Shown: piece after piece, positions 13,151 through 26,502 of the stretch
How the letters are laid out: every line of letters starts with the position of its first letter
How positions within the stretch are numbered: position 1 is the first letter of the stretch
From: Protoeuglena noctilucae
Taxonomy: Eukaryota
Assembly: GCA_958009085.1 (NCBI GenBank)
Contig: OY253669.1
Span: 1,736,001 to 1,776,541, forward strand
Length of the DNA stretch: 40,541 nt
Direction: 5' to 3'
Notes under the pieces: generated by a model
The model's input: the letters and a program-made list of their open reading frames with translations, nothing else
What the model was told of the DNA's origin: nothing
Database searches by the model: none
Made by a program: the position numbers and the translations under genes

Positions 13151-16100
13151 TCAGCCAAACCCGCCCCACAGCTGATTCATGGCTGTCCTGGTCCGGATGA
13201 CCATGTCTGCGGGGACAGGCGAGAGGAGAATTGTCGCTGTTTACACTGCGGTGGTGCCAGTAAGCGCGCCAATGTTACTTTCCGCGTGCCAATGCACTTA
13301 TGCCAGTACTCGACAAGCAACCCCACATTACCATTGCCAGTCCCTCACCCGACACGAGGGCGTAGTCCGGTGGCAGCTCGAAGTGCCTGATGGACAGCCA
13401 CACGCGCACGGCGCGCTGGATGATCACTACCTTGCGCCGGATGGTGGTGAAGGGGCGGGGGGTGGCCAGCAGGCCCAGCACGCGCTGGCGGGCCAGAGCC
13501 CTGCGGGGTGGAGGGGGCGGTGAGGGGTGCGGAGTGAGGGGTAAAGAGGGTTGGCGTGCCGTGTTACTACACATGCAGCGAGATGTTGGGCAGCGGCTGC
13601 GACACTGGACTGCTGACGAGACTGCGGCATGACGTGCGGCTGCTAACGATAGTTGTCTTACCTCTTACTGCACTATCTGTCAGATAGTCTTATGCATGTC
13701 TGCGTGCCTCCTGCTTCGCCCCACCCCCACCGCCGCCTCACCTCATCGGCCGCTTCATCCCCAGCATCCCAATGCGCACGATCATCTCCTCGCAGAACTC
13801 CTTGCGGGTCTTCTTGGCACGCCACAGCTTCTGAATGACGCCCGCCGCCCTCTCCCTGCGCAAGCGGGGCAGGCGGCGCGTCGGCTAATAGCGGCAATGC
13901 GAGCATGGCACAGTGCCACCACCGGGCAGGGTGACGATAGTGACCTGTCACCCATGCATATCCCATCCGTGCGAATGCCACTCGCTCATGTGCCACCCAC
14001 CCCACACCGTCACCTGCTGCTCTCCCAGCGCTGCCTCATGCTGCCCCTGCCCCTCACCGTCCCCTCACCTGCTCTCCCGGACCTGCCGAATGCACCGTCG
14101 GAACATCTGCTGCCGCCAGTGCATCTCAATGAGAGCCACGGCGTCCGCCAGCCGCAGGATCTCCCGTCGGTCCACGTAGCCACGCCAGTGGCGCTGCGGG
14201 GAGACGGGGGGCAGAGGGACAGTGTGAGCTTCACAGGTGCGAGCGGGAGAGAGAGAGCGAGAGCGAGAGCGAGAGTGAGATCGAGAGCGAGAGCGTCTGT
14301 GGGCCAGCGATAGCGTGACGGTCGTGGCCATAAAAGTAACGCCAACCTGAGTAGCAGGCACAGTGCCTCCCTCATCTCCCCCATTCTCATGTCCACCACT
14401 CTCATGTCCCCATCAGTCCTCACCTGGATGGCCACCGCGCACGCCTCCTCCCTCATGTCCCCCAGCTCGTCCTGCGCCGCCCCCGTCTCGAGGTTGTACC
14501 ACACCCGCCGGCCGTAGTAATCCCAGAAATCCATCCAGGGACCCGTCATGGGGATCTCCTGCGTTCGTTAAGACACCAGGGGGCATGCGACGGGCATACG
14601 GTGGGCATGGGCTGGTTGGCTGTGACACAGGGTGGTAGGGGACAGGGTAGGGGACTAACAGGCGTGGGTGAAGGATCAACGGGTGGGGTGAGGGTGAGAT
14701 TAAGAGTGCAAGCGATGGGTGCGCGTGCTAGACAGACCGTCAGGTGTGAGTGAGGGTGAGATTATGAGTACAAGCGAACAGCAAGCATGCGAAACAGACC
14801 CATCTCGCCCCATCTCGCCCCACATCACCCACCTTGCACCTCCGAATGACCCCCTCCTCGTCCAGCGCCCCCGGCTCAAACCGCGCGGGCGGCCAGTCGT
14901 ACAGATCCGGGAGCACCGACAGTCGCGGACGGGGCTCCAGCCGCGCCTTGCGCACCAGCTGCTGGTGGATGCGCACCGTGGGGTTCTCACGCGACTTGGC
15001 GCCCGTGCGCACGTTCACGAACTCCACCCCGCCGTCCGCCGCCACGGCCCTGGGGTGATGACGAGCGAAAGCAGAGCTGGGACTGTTTACTAATATGCAC
15101 GTAAGAACGCTGTCCCTCCAAACGGATGCCGGTCCGGTGCTGCAACAGCCCTCTCCCCATTCAGCACCACCCCTGCACCCCTCTCAGGGCAACACCCCAC
15201 CCCCAGGTCCCCCCCTCGCCTCTGCCACCCGTCCGGCACCCCCTCGAGCACCGCCTTCTTGGCGATCCACGTCAGGTGCGCGTCCACCGTCGGCTCGATC
15301 TCCAGGCGTCGGCACATGCGGGCCACCTCCCCCGGGTCCGACAGCGGGCCCAGCAGCTCCAGCACGAACAGGTCGTTCACCGGCTGCTGCTTGTTCTGCA
15401 ACAATAGGAGAAACACAAAAACGCGATGCGGGGTCTCGCGGAGACCCGTGGACCCGCACAGCACGTATCGCACGGCACGTCACGCGAAGCACGTCGCGAC
15501 GCCCCCCGCGCATCGCTCGCCTTGGCCCACTTGAGGTACTGGACGAGTTTCTGGAATCGCTTAAGCGCCGGGTGCTCTGTGGAGTCGACGCCGTGGGCCA
15601 AATGGACGTAGTGAAGCGTCCCCGACATGTGCTTGACGATCTTCCAACCCGCCGGGAGAGGCTGCTGCAGCATCGCACGGTACTCCTCCACCACCCACGT
15701 GATCTCAAAGTCCATCAGAGGATCGATCCCCAGCAGCAGCATCAGGGCCCTGCGGACAGCCACAAGTTGCGAACGAAGTCGAGTCCCTTGGCGCCAGTGT
15801 CGGGGCCTACCATCCTCGCGACGTGGCCGCCAAGTCCCATTCGCGTGCCCGCGCAGCTCCGGTGCTTGCAGAGCCCTGCCCGCACGCTAGCATGGCCAGC
15901 CCTCCCCACGCACCGCGAGTTGTCCTTCGCTGCGCTCAGGTCGTTCTTCATCTCCTCCATCTTGTCCTGCATTTGCTTTATACTCGCTCCCGCCGCGAGC
16001 CGCCTGAGAGCAAGGCCCGATGCCGCCGGTGGGCGGGCGGGGACAGGCAAGCGAGCGCCGATAGGGCACACGTCCGCGGCGCACGGCGCCCGAGAGATGG

Positions 16101-16232
16101 AATATCGGCCGTCAGGAGACGAACTGTGCATTCAACGTGCTCGTCGTCGATGGGCGCGACTCACCGGCTCTGCACGGACGCCACCGAGCGCGGCCCCGCC
16201 ACGGAGGTCACGCGCGACACCTCCGTCGCCAT
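13151..16232 (-). CDS. Protein with CEP164-like WW modules and IQ-like motifs; about 10 exons; 3' end either 13275 or 13151
   Basis: LGIDPLMDFEITW...QPLPAGW...HYVH...STEHP and LEIEPTVDAHLTWIAKKAVLEGVPDGW resemble CEP164-type WW modules. WMDFWDYYGRRVWYNLETG is a further WW. IQ-like motifs are IQKLWRA and IIQRAVRVWL. A ciliary or centriolar role is inference only. Confidence 0.7.
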
Positions 16233-17103
16233 TTCTGCGTCCCCTCCCGGAGTCCCGCGCCGCGGAGAATGTCGTTCCCTTTGCGCGGAAGCAGCTACAG
16301 CGGCGTCTCCTCAATGCCCGAGATGCAGTCGAGGATTCCGACTATCGCTGCATGTGGGCCGGCTTGAGGCCCTCTGCGCGGAGCCCAGCGCTTGAGGAAT
16401 CGCGCACAGGCCCTTGAGTGTGTGATTATGACGTAGCGCTGCACAAAGCGATGCTGGGCGCGGCCTGGGGGCAAGACACCAGAGTAGCTGGCGTGAGGCC
16501 GCGGCGAAAGGTCTCCGGAGTCAGTATGTGGACACCTATCCCGGCACATGACACGATAGGGTGGCTGTTTGCGCCTCTGCGTCGCGCGATGGCAGAAGAC
16601 CATCCCGCACGCTGCATGAAACCGATGTCGTCGCCAGGCTGGCTGGGTCTGTCCGTCCCCGCGCTCCCGCGACTCCAGTTCTGCACTCAATCAGCGTCGA
16701 CAGAAGACGTCGGAGTTTCCAACGGCTGAGCTCTCGGGTGCAACGCCTCCCAATAGTGTTGTGCGTGGAAGCGAAACCCCGCAAAGCTGCGTTGATTCCA
16801 GGTGCGTTTGGCCTGCGGTGAATGGGATTGTCGATGGGAGCGTATCGTGTCACGAGCGAGCCGCGATGCGCATTCTCGCGAGCAGGGGCCAGTGCAGCTA
16901 GGTGGCGCTGCTTCCTGGCCGCGTCCCGCCACATGGACCGCGCAATCCGCTCCCGGCTCGCAGTGCTATCCCTGTCATCGCAGCACCTATTCATCGACGA
17001 AGCCATTCTTCCGTTCGCCCCCGCTTCGTGACCCGCTGGGGAGCGCCCTCTCCATCGTTCCCGCGTCCGGCGCCGGGGCGGCCCCGCGGAGGACATCGGA
17101 GCC

Positions 17104-20100
17104 ATGTCCGACGATGAATTCGACTATGCCTTCGATGGCGAGGCGCGTTCCGGCGAGAACTTCCAGCGGCAGGTGGGGGCAGCGCCATGCCCCGCACTAG
17201 CGCCGCGCGTGCCATCCCCGCGGCCCCATTCCCGCGTGTCTCGCCCCGCAGTTCAAGGCGGAGCCCATGCCGGCGCGGCTCGTCATGAAGCAGTCCCTGA
17301 AGACCCCCTTAGAGTGCGTTTTAGAGGAGGAGGAGGTGGGCGAGGCTGCTGATGTCAACGGCGGGTCGCCACGCCAGCCGCGGCGCAACCAGGGCCGCAA
17401 AGGCGGCGCGGCGCCTCTCATCGCCGAATCGGTTACGGCAATAACGGCATCAGCGGCGGCCACCCCAGCCCCCGCCCTACCTCGCGCCCCCGCACCCCCG
17501 CCGGCCCCCATCCCTGCGGCAATCGGAGCGCCGGTGCGGGGCGGTCGGATCGCCGTCGCCGCCCCCGCCGCGCCCGTCGCTCCCCGCCCCGCCCCCCCGG
17601 ACGCGCCGCCACCCCCCGTGTTGCACTCGCGTGGGGCACCTGGCAAGGGGGCTGGGGCTGGGTACGTCGCTTTACTTGCATCGATGGGTGGCGCAGAGGC
17701 GAGGGCTCTGAGGGCTGGGCTCGTGGCGGTGCCACCTCGGGAAGCGGGGGTGGGGGAGAATGGGGAGGGTGGGGAGGAGGATGAGCTGAGGTGAGACGGG
17801 GTGCGTTGGGGTGGGACATGGCAAGGTGAGAGGTGGATGAGATGAGACGAGATAGGATATGATAGGTTGGGGTGGGTTGGGGTGTTGGGTGGTGGGGTGA
17901 GGGGGTGGGTGGAATGGGGTAGATGGGTTGTGGCATGGTGAGGTGAGGGGGTGGATGGAATGGGGTGGGATGGGATGGGAGGTGGCGTGGTGAGGGTGTC
18001 GTGGCGGTGTGTTCTTCTCATGTCCCCTTCTCCTCCATCTCTCCCATTCTCCATCTTCTATCCCATCTCATTCATCTCTCATCCATCTCTCCCCCATTCC
18101 CAGGCTCATGTCCCTGCGTGCGTTTGGCACCGAGGACCCCGGAGACGCGGGGGGGGCCGACGACGACAATCAAGCACACCACGATGCGTGGCAGGGGAGG
18201 GACACGGGAGATGCAAATGCACATGCGGAGTGGAGGGGACAAGAGGGCGTAAATGGTGCCGCAGAGAGAGACGCATCTGCGCACCCGCATGCACATGCAC
18301 ATGCACATACACACGGTGTCGTCATGCCAGCCCCCGCCCCCCCCCCGCCCTCCGCCGACCTGGGGGGCTTCGGCAGCGTTGACATGGCCGTGTGGTCGCC
18401 CGTGGCAGCCGCGAGGGGCGCGGCGGCGGCGCAGAGCGGCGGGGATGGGGATGGGGTGGTGAGAGGCCATACCGCACAGGAGTGTGGGGGGTTAAGCGGA
18501 GCATCGGAGGGGGATGGGTCGGAAGCTGCCGGGGCGGACGAGTGGGGAACACTGGGAGCGGTGGTGCTTGACTTGGGTGAGGAGCAAGAGCAAGAGACAT
18601 CCGAGGGGACGGGGGAGTGGCCGGTGCGACCGGGGTTGCGCGGCACTATCACCAAAGGGGGTGGTGCGCCACCCCTCCCCAGCCACGGCCAGGGCCGCAA
18701 TCGGGAACCCAGCCGGGACGCCAGCTACCCCGGGAGCACCGCGAGTGCTCCCAGCGGCGCGCAGTCACCGCCGTGGTCGGCCGCCGGTCACCCGGCCGCC
18801 CCCCTGCACCTCGCCCGCTCCGCCCTGCTCTCCCAGCAGCGCCGGGGGTCGCACAACTCCCCCTCCGCCAGCGCCGCGGCTTTGGGGGCCCGGGTGCCGC
18901 CTTTTGACGATGCAGCCTCCCCCGGCCGCCGCCCGGCTACTAGCGATGACGGTGCGAGGGGGCCGAGGGGGGCGGCTGCTGCGATCCTCAGGGCGTTTGG
19001 GGGCGCGCCCGGGCCGGGAATGGCGCCGCGCGAGGGCGAGGGGGGGGTGCCGGTGCCTGGGCGGCGGATGAGGTTCGATTCCGGGGGCCCTGGGCTGCAG
19101 GCGGAGGGGAGCGGGGCGTCGTTGGACAGCGTGGGGAGTGCCGCGAAGGGTCGCATCAGCGGCGGCGGGGGGCTGAAGGGGACGGGGAGGCGAGACAGGA
19201 AGCAGTCGGGTGAGGAGGGGGGGGGTGCTGTGGTGTTGTATACTATGCTAGTGAATATCGCACTGCGATGTACATGAGTCCCTCTTGGTAACTCTCTCAT
19301 CCACCCTTCCATACCCTCTCGCATCTCCTGGTTTCACTCGCTTCTCCTAACATCACCACTCAACCCCACCCCACCCTCTCTCCCCCCCAGTCAAGTTCGC
19401 GGATGACGACGCCCCGTCCCCCGCCCCCTCCCCCGGCCCCCCTCCCGCCCCCTTCTCCCTCAGTCGGCTGGGCAGCGATGCCTTGGAACAGCGACGCGCC
19501 GCCGCGATGGCAGCCGGGTCTCCTGCCACCAGCCGCGGCACCAGTCGCCCCAGCAGCAACCAGAGCAGTTGGCGGGGCAGCCGATTGGGCAGCTCGCCCG
19601 CTGTCAGTCAGACCAGTCTGGCTATGGGGAACGCGGGGGACACGGATGAGGGGGACGGGGGGAGGGGGGCGGGGAGGGGAGGGGCGGGGGCGCTGGGGGT
19701 GTGGAGGGAGAGGGAGGGGGAGGGGGTTGGGAAGGAGGGTGATGGTGGCAGGGTGAGGGGGGCGGTGGGTGGGGGGTGATGTGTGGAGGGGGGGTGACAT
19801 TCACATAGGATGCTTGTTGACTCCCTGTGTCGACAATTCTTGGCTTTTGTATTGCATTGTGTTCATATGATTGCACGCTTAACCACCGCCGCCACCACCC
19901 TCGTCTTCTTTGCTGCCGCCACACCTTGGCTCTGTGCTTACTCGCCACCATCGCTTGCTGCTTTTATGCCTTTATTCTTTTCTCACTCGCCACCCCCGCT
20001 GTGCCGCACTGTCGCATCACTGCCCTATGCTCTCACAGGCACCCCCCTTTCGTGCTTACCATCGCAGGAGCCCCCCACCCCCGCTCTGGGTCCCATGGCC

Positions 20101-23100
20101 AGCCCCCGCATGCAAATGGCGGCGGAAGAGGGGTTCTTTCCCGTGGCACCGGGTGAGGTTGATGGTGATGGGGGGGGTAGTGGTGGTGGGGATGGTGGTG
20201 GTGGGGTTGATGGATGGTGGGGGTAATGGTGGGGTGATGGGGGTGGGAGGTGGTGGTGGGAGTGATGGTGGGTGATGGTGGGGTGACAGTGATGGTGGGG
20301 GTGATAGGGAGGGTGGTAATGGTGGGGCGGACAGTCATGCGATGGTGGGAGTGATGGTGATGCGGGCAGAGGGAAAGTGATAATCGTTTTTTCACCTTCT
20401 CTCATACGCAGCTCATCACTACCCCACCCGCACATGTCGCTTACTGCCACCCCCTCCCTCCTCCGCCCCCCCAGGCACCCCCCGCTCGGCCCCCCCCCGC
20501 CGCCTGCCCCGCCACAAATCAGACGGCACTGCCATGGCGGATCTGCTGGAGGTGGGGGATGCACAGCGACACACTGTCTAGACTAACATAACATAGATGC
20601 ACTGCCATGGCGGATTTGCTGGAGGTGAGCATGCTGGGTGCACAGCGACACACATGGCATTGCACGACACGCACATGCACCCCGTGCCCCTCTCAGCCAC
20701 TCTCACAACCGCACTCCACCCCACCTCACTCTCACTCTCACTCTCAGTCCCCCCACTTCCCCCCACAGTCTCCTGACCCCCATGCTACCCCCGACGACAT
20801 CCACATGCACCCCGTCCCCCGCGGCCGCCCCGACGCCCGCGGCTCCGGCGCCCGCACCCTCTCGGTGCCCGGCAAGCGCATGACGGCGAGGGACCGGAGC
20901 GTGAGCAGCCGCAAGCAGGGGCCGGGGAGGGCGGAGGGGGGCGGCAGGGATCGGGATAGGGATAGAGACAGCGCGACGAGCCGGGACGGGAGCGAGGCGG
21001 CAGCAAGGAGGAGGTACACGGGTGAGGGGGTGGATTTATGTGGATGTTTGGAAATATGGATGTAGCTATGATAAGTATAACCATGAAGATGGATAGATGG
21101 ATGGGTGGGTGGATTGGTGGATGGATGGGTGGGTGGTTGTGCGTGGGTGAGTGGCGGGTGGGGCGGGTGAGTTGCCGGTGCGCGTTTGATCATGAGGTGT
21201 GCAGTGAGTGCATTGATTGCGATGCGACGCGAGAAAGCATGCGTGCGTGTCTGCGTCCCGCGTGAGAGGCTGTCACGAGCATCAACTACCTCGCTCCACC
21301 CCTTTCAGGCGGCTATGAGACGGGCAACCCCCACCGCCGCAAGTCCACGGCCGTGGCGTCGCGGAAGTCGAGCGGCTGGCACCTGCCGAGGGTGAGAAGG
21401 GTGATGGCATATGGGGTGATGGGATGAGAGTTAACGTTGCATATCAACACTCACCCACTCCCTTTATCCACAGGACCTCCCCGGCGATCATCCCGACATG
21501 CTCGACCTCCCCGACGACTTTGGGGACGGGGCAGAGTACCCGGGGGACGAGTGGGCCAGGGCGGTGAGAGAGGGGTGCATGCGTGGCGGTGCATTTGGGG
21601 GTGCATGCGGGTGCATGCGGCGCAACCAGTCGTGCCGTCCACCCCACCCCTCCCCTCCCCCTCCCTCTCTCACTCACAACCAGTACAATCACACTCACCT
21701 CACATTCCCCTGCCCCATCACTCACAACCAGTACAGTCACACTCATCCCCCCCACCCCCTCTCCCCTCTCACTCACAACCAGTAAACGTCACACTCACAT
21801 GCACACCCCCTCCTCCCCATCTCTCCCTCAGAACCAGGATTTGCGCGCAAAGGCCGCCCCCCGCCGCGAGGGCGCCTTCTCCCCCGTCACCTCCGCCGCG
21901 GCATGGCAGGACCTCTCCTCCCGCGACATGTCGCAATTACTAACAGCCGACGTGGTATTTGAGAACAGCCCCGGGGGGTGCATGGGGATACTGGTGTCGG
22001 TTCTGACGCCGCGGCTGTCGGAGCCGGCGATGGTCGAGGAGAGGCGGAGGCTGTTCGGGGTGGCGAGGATGAAGCTGGACGACGAGGATCCCATGCACAT
22101 GTGAGGGATGCTGGGGGTGTGGGGGGATGTGCTATGAGTGGTGTTCTGTGCTGTGCGGTTGACACCTCTCATCCCTCCCCCCCCCCCCAACACCCCCAGG
22201 CGCGTGCTCTCGACCGCATGGCAGCTGTACATGCATCACACCCACCCCTCCCATCTCTCACCCCTCATCTCTCTCTCTCCTTCTCTCTCTCACCCCCAGG
22301 CGCGTGCTGACCACCGCGTGGCAGCTGTACATGAACGTGGACCGACTGCCCCCCCGCATCGGCACTCACTGGGAGGTGCTGGGGTTTCAAAGGGACGACC
22401 CCGCCACGGATCTCAGGGCCGCGGGGTGAGTGGGGATGGGGGTGTGACATGGGGTGGGGGGGTTGATGGGGATGGGGGGGTGAGCGTGTGTGGGTGGGTG
22501 GGGGGGGTGTGTTGAGGGGGTGTGAGGGGGGGAATGGATGAGAGGAGTGATGGATGGGAGAGTGGTGGGTGGGTGGGTGAGAACGGGAGGTAGAGGGAGT
22601 GCGGTGTGAGCGAGGGGTGTGGTGCATGGATGCTACGTGCTGGCGGCGCTGGGACCGGCTTTGCAACGCACGGCTCACCACCCCATCCCCCTCCCACCCT
22701 CACATCCTCACTCCCCTGTCTCAATAACCCTCCTGTCTCCATCCCCCTCATATCTTCATATCTTAATACCCCTATCCCCATGCCCCCCCAGGATGCTCGG
22801 CCTTCTCCACTTCCTCCACCTGGCTGAGCTGAGCCTCAGCCGCGCCAGCGAAATGCTCGAGTTCTCAAGGGACAGGTAAATGGGGTGGGGTGTGTGATAA
22901 CTGGGAATGTGAGATGATAAAAGTGGTTATGATTGTGTGTGTGAGATGCTCGAGTTCTCAAGGGACAGGCGAGTATTACTGGTTGGGTGTGTGAGATGAC
23001 GGGAGTGGTATTGGCTGGGTATGTATGCGAGATGCTGGAGTTCTTTAGGGACAGGCGAGGGGTGGGGTGTGTGATGACTGGGTATGTGAGGGGATGAAAC

Positions 23101-23663
23101 ATATCAAACACACCCACACCCCCACCCCCACCCCCACCCCCACTGCCACCCCCACACCCACACCCACCCCCACCCATCCTCATCCCCACCCAACCCCCCC
23201 CAGTTCCTTCGGCTTCCCCCTCGCCGTGGTGAGCATCAACGCCACCAAATGGGCCATGGACGTCATCCGATCGGGCGCCCTCAATCGCCTTGCTATTCGG
23301 CACCGTTCGATGGAGCGGGCGGCCGCGCTGTTCCAGGCGGGGGCGGTCTACACGTTTGTGGACAAGTGGAGGAGGGGGAGGTTCACCATGGCGCAGGCGA
23401 GAGGAGGGGTGGGGTTGTAGGGGTGTGGGGATGGGGGTGACGGTGGGGGTAGCAGCGTGGGTGATATGCGGGGGTGGTATTGCGACGCGTGTATTGGAGT
23501 CCCATCTCACCTCAATGCCTCACCTCATCTCCCCCCATCCAACCCCCTGCAGTCCGGCTTTGTGATGCGTGACGTGGAGAGCCAGGCCAAGCGCCACCCC
23601 CGGGAGATGGTCGCAAGGGCACTCGACCGGGACTTCCAATTCGAAGTGGTGGCGCTGTCATAG
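17104..23663 (+). CDS. ELMO/CED-12 domain protein (ELMOD-like) with a long low-complexity N-terminal region; many exons
   Basis: C-terminal exons give [29 protein letters not shown] and FPLAVVSINATKW, the ELMO domain core. N-terminal exon structure is less certain. Confidence 0.82.
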
Positions 23664-24138
23664 TGAACGGTGTCAGACACTGCTGTAGTCGCTGGTGACT
23701 GTGCGTGCCATGCGGAGGGGTGGCGCTGTTGTAGTCAATGGTGGCAGTCTGCCATTAAGAGTAGCAGTGATGGATAGTGTTGCACAATGCTAGCCACACT
23801 AGCGCGACGTGGCGGACCCACCGCCGCATGTGGCGGTGCATCCCCCATGCATAGAAAGCGTAGCGTAGCAGCAACTTAGGAGTGAATGTAGATGCAAAGC
23901 AGTAAATCGCGCTCTCCCACCACACTTCAACGAGCAGCGAGCAGGGTCAAAGAAACGAACACCAGTCACGTGCACAGGAACTGCGTCCCCCAGCGCCCAT
24001 GCCTCCCATCACCAGCATCACATCGCATCGCGTTGCATCAGCGTCTGCATCGGTACCAGCACCAGCACCAGCAACTGCGTGAGTGCACCCTTTCACGCAC
24101 CCCCCCCACCACACCCATCCACCCCCTACGCCTGACCC

Positions 24139-25140
24139 TCAGCGCAGGTTGGCCCCTGCGTATACGAACTGCTGGAAGTCCATGGTGACGGTCCCCACGG
24201 CCCTCTTGTCAAACGCCCGGAAGGTGGCGCGGCACGACTCGATAAACACGCTGAGCATGATGAACTCGGCCATGCCCATCGACCCGGTCTGGTTGGGGTC
24301 GAAGGCCGTGAAGCACCGCTCAAACACGGGGGGCTCCAAATGGATGCTGTTGTACTCCAGGGCCTGGGCCACCTCGGAGCGAGTCAGGGAGCCGTTCCTG
24401 GGGGCCGTGTCGAAGTAATCGAAGTTCTCCCTGAGGGGGGGGTGGGGGGGGGGGTTGGGGGTGTGGGGATGGCAGTGGGGGTGGCAATGGGGGTGGGGGT
24501 GGGGGTGGAGGTTAGGCTGGCAGTGAGAATTGAGAATGAGAGCGCAAGTGCGGGTTTACGTGACCACAAGCATGCAGCTTGCAAGCGAGACCCCCGCTAG
24601 ATGGTCGTCAGCCCCCCACTCACTTGCACCGCGCGAGGAATCGGTGGCATTCGCCGAACTCGGACTTGGTGAGGCACCCGATGCGCCGGGAGTCGAACAT
24701 GCGCATGATCTGCAAAGGCCACGCAACAGCACGCTCGCCACGCTTCCCCATGCGTCGCACCCCGAAGCCGTCCCTGCGCGGCGCTGAAGCGCAGCGCTGG
24801 GGCCATCCTTGCCCCGCACGACCTCACCATCGCAGTGGCCGTCAAGCTCAGATTGATGCGGTATTCCTGCTGGAGCGCAAGCTGCATGGCCATCGTGGTC
24901 ATCTCCTCCCCCGCCTGCACATAGCTCCCGTACCTGCGGGTGGCGAACCTCGTGTAAACTTCAATACCTATTCGGCGCGAGGCCTGGAGGTGCGTTTCGG
25001 CGCTCCGGGACGCGAGCACGGTGAGGGCGCCCCAGCCAGGGCCCTGCACACGCTCTGGAGGCCGGGCAGGAGCAGCGCGGGATGCCAGGGCTCCTCCCTC
25101 ACGTGGTGTCAGGATGTCTACCCCAGGCCGGCCCCGACAT
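24139..25140 (-). CDS. Penta-EF-hand calcium-binding protein (ALG-2/sorcin/peflin-like); 4 exons, start uncertain
   Basis: IMRMFDSRRIGCLTKSEF, FDYFDTAPRNGSLTRSEV, FTAFDPNQTGSMGMAEFI and FRAFDKRAVGTVTMDFQQF are successive EF-hands in PEF arrangement. Confidence 0.85.
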
Positions 25141-25399
25141 CCTCCCCGAGCTTCAGCCAGCGCACAGTGGACGGTCCCTGCTGCCACAACGGTCCCTTCC
25201 TTCACAAAAGCGCAGGATTGAGCGGACACACTGGTTGCGCCGTTTCTCCGGCGGTCGCGGGGCCCCGGCCGTGAAGGGAGGGCCGCGGCCAGGCTGTTTC
25301 CTGGCGCCGGATGGAGTCCCCGGCCGATTTCCCGCAGACGTCGCCGCGACGTGCTGCATTTCGGTCGTTAGGACGCGTGCGCGCCCCCCGCTGCGTCTG
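25141..25399. promoter_or_regulatory. Probable bidirectional promoter between the penta-EF-hand gene and Mini-RNase III
   Basis: Head-to-head predicted start codons ~260 bp apart. Confidence 0.45.
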
Positions 25400-26398
25400 A
25401 TGGCGGCGCCCCGCGCCGGCTGTCCGGTTGGCAGCGTCGCAATAGGGCAGCCGTTTCCACGAGCCTCCTGTGCACTCTGCGTTTCAGAACTGCGCCGGCG
25501 ACATCCTTCGGTGCCAATCTCACGGCCGGCTGTGTTATCTCCACGCCTGCGTCCCCACGCGCGGCTCTGCACGTCTGCAGGTACGCGAAGCTGCAGCGAG
25601 ACCTCCCGAGCTGTGCGCGCTGCGACCACCCGCTCTGATTAGCCCACCCCCACCTCGACGCAGCTGTCTCAGACCCCTGCTCGTCCGGCTATTCCCCCGC
25701 GGTGCGCTTCCCCGGGCCGCCCGACCTCCACGGCCTGCAGCCGCGGCAGCGGTGGAACGCCAACAGCCTCGCGTATGTCGGGGACGCTGGCAAGTTGCAT
25801 ACCCTCCTCCCGCTCAGCTGCGCTCCCTGCCCGCCGCGCTGCGACGCCGGGCGACACGCGTGCCCTGCTCTCCCCGCCCCGCAGTGTGGGAGCTCTTCCT
25901 TCGATCGGAGTTCTTTTACCCTCCCCGCGCCTCCGGTCTCATCCAGTCCTCCGTCGTGGCCATGGCCCGGGCCGAGGCGCAGGATACCCTGCTGCACGCG
26001 ATGCAGGACTCCCCGTTTCTGACGGAGCACGAAAAGGACGTGCTGGTGAGGGGCGGTGCCTTCATGCTTGTCGCAGGCGGGTGGCTGTTGCTGAGATGCG
26101 ACCTGGCGGCAGCTCTGCCCTCGCCCACTAGTTAATGTGCTGTGACTTGTATGTGATGCTGGTCCCAGTGCCTCTCTCGCAGCGTTGGGGCACGCGGGCA
26201 GAGGTGCGGCCGCCCCGGGGCCTCCCCCGCCGCACCTACAGCAACGCCACGGCGGTGGAGTGCCTTTTCGGGTTCCTGTGGATGACCGATCACGCGCGGC
26301 TGAGGGAGGTGCTGCAGTGGTCGAGGGATGCGCTGGGGGAGGGCGGCGGGGCGGGGCGAGCGGACGGGGAGGTGGCGGGGGGAGAGGCCGGGGAGTAG
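25400..26398 (+). CDS. Mini-ribonuclease III (MrnC/RNC3-4-like), probably plastid-targeted; 4 exons
   Basis: WNANSLAYVGDA|VWELF, ARAEAQ, LTEHEKDVL|RWG and YSNATAVECLFGFL motifs; no dsRBD seen; Arg/Ser/Ala-rich N-terminal extension. Confidence 0.9.
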
Positions 26399-26502
26399 CG
26401 TTGATGTGTTTACGTGCGACTGATGCTTAAATCACGCCACAGTTACAGCGACATGCGACCGGTGTTACTGCTGCCATCGCATCACGCCGCGCTTTGCTAG
26501 TG

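Noticed and set aside
21671..23059. Regularly spaced short direct repeats resembling a CRISPR array (CACTCACAACCAGTA x3; GAGATGCTCGAGTTCTCAAGGGACAGG x3)
   Set aside because: Eukaryotic intronic context, only 3 diverged copies, low-complexity spacers and no cas genes; explained by local tandem or junction duplication.
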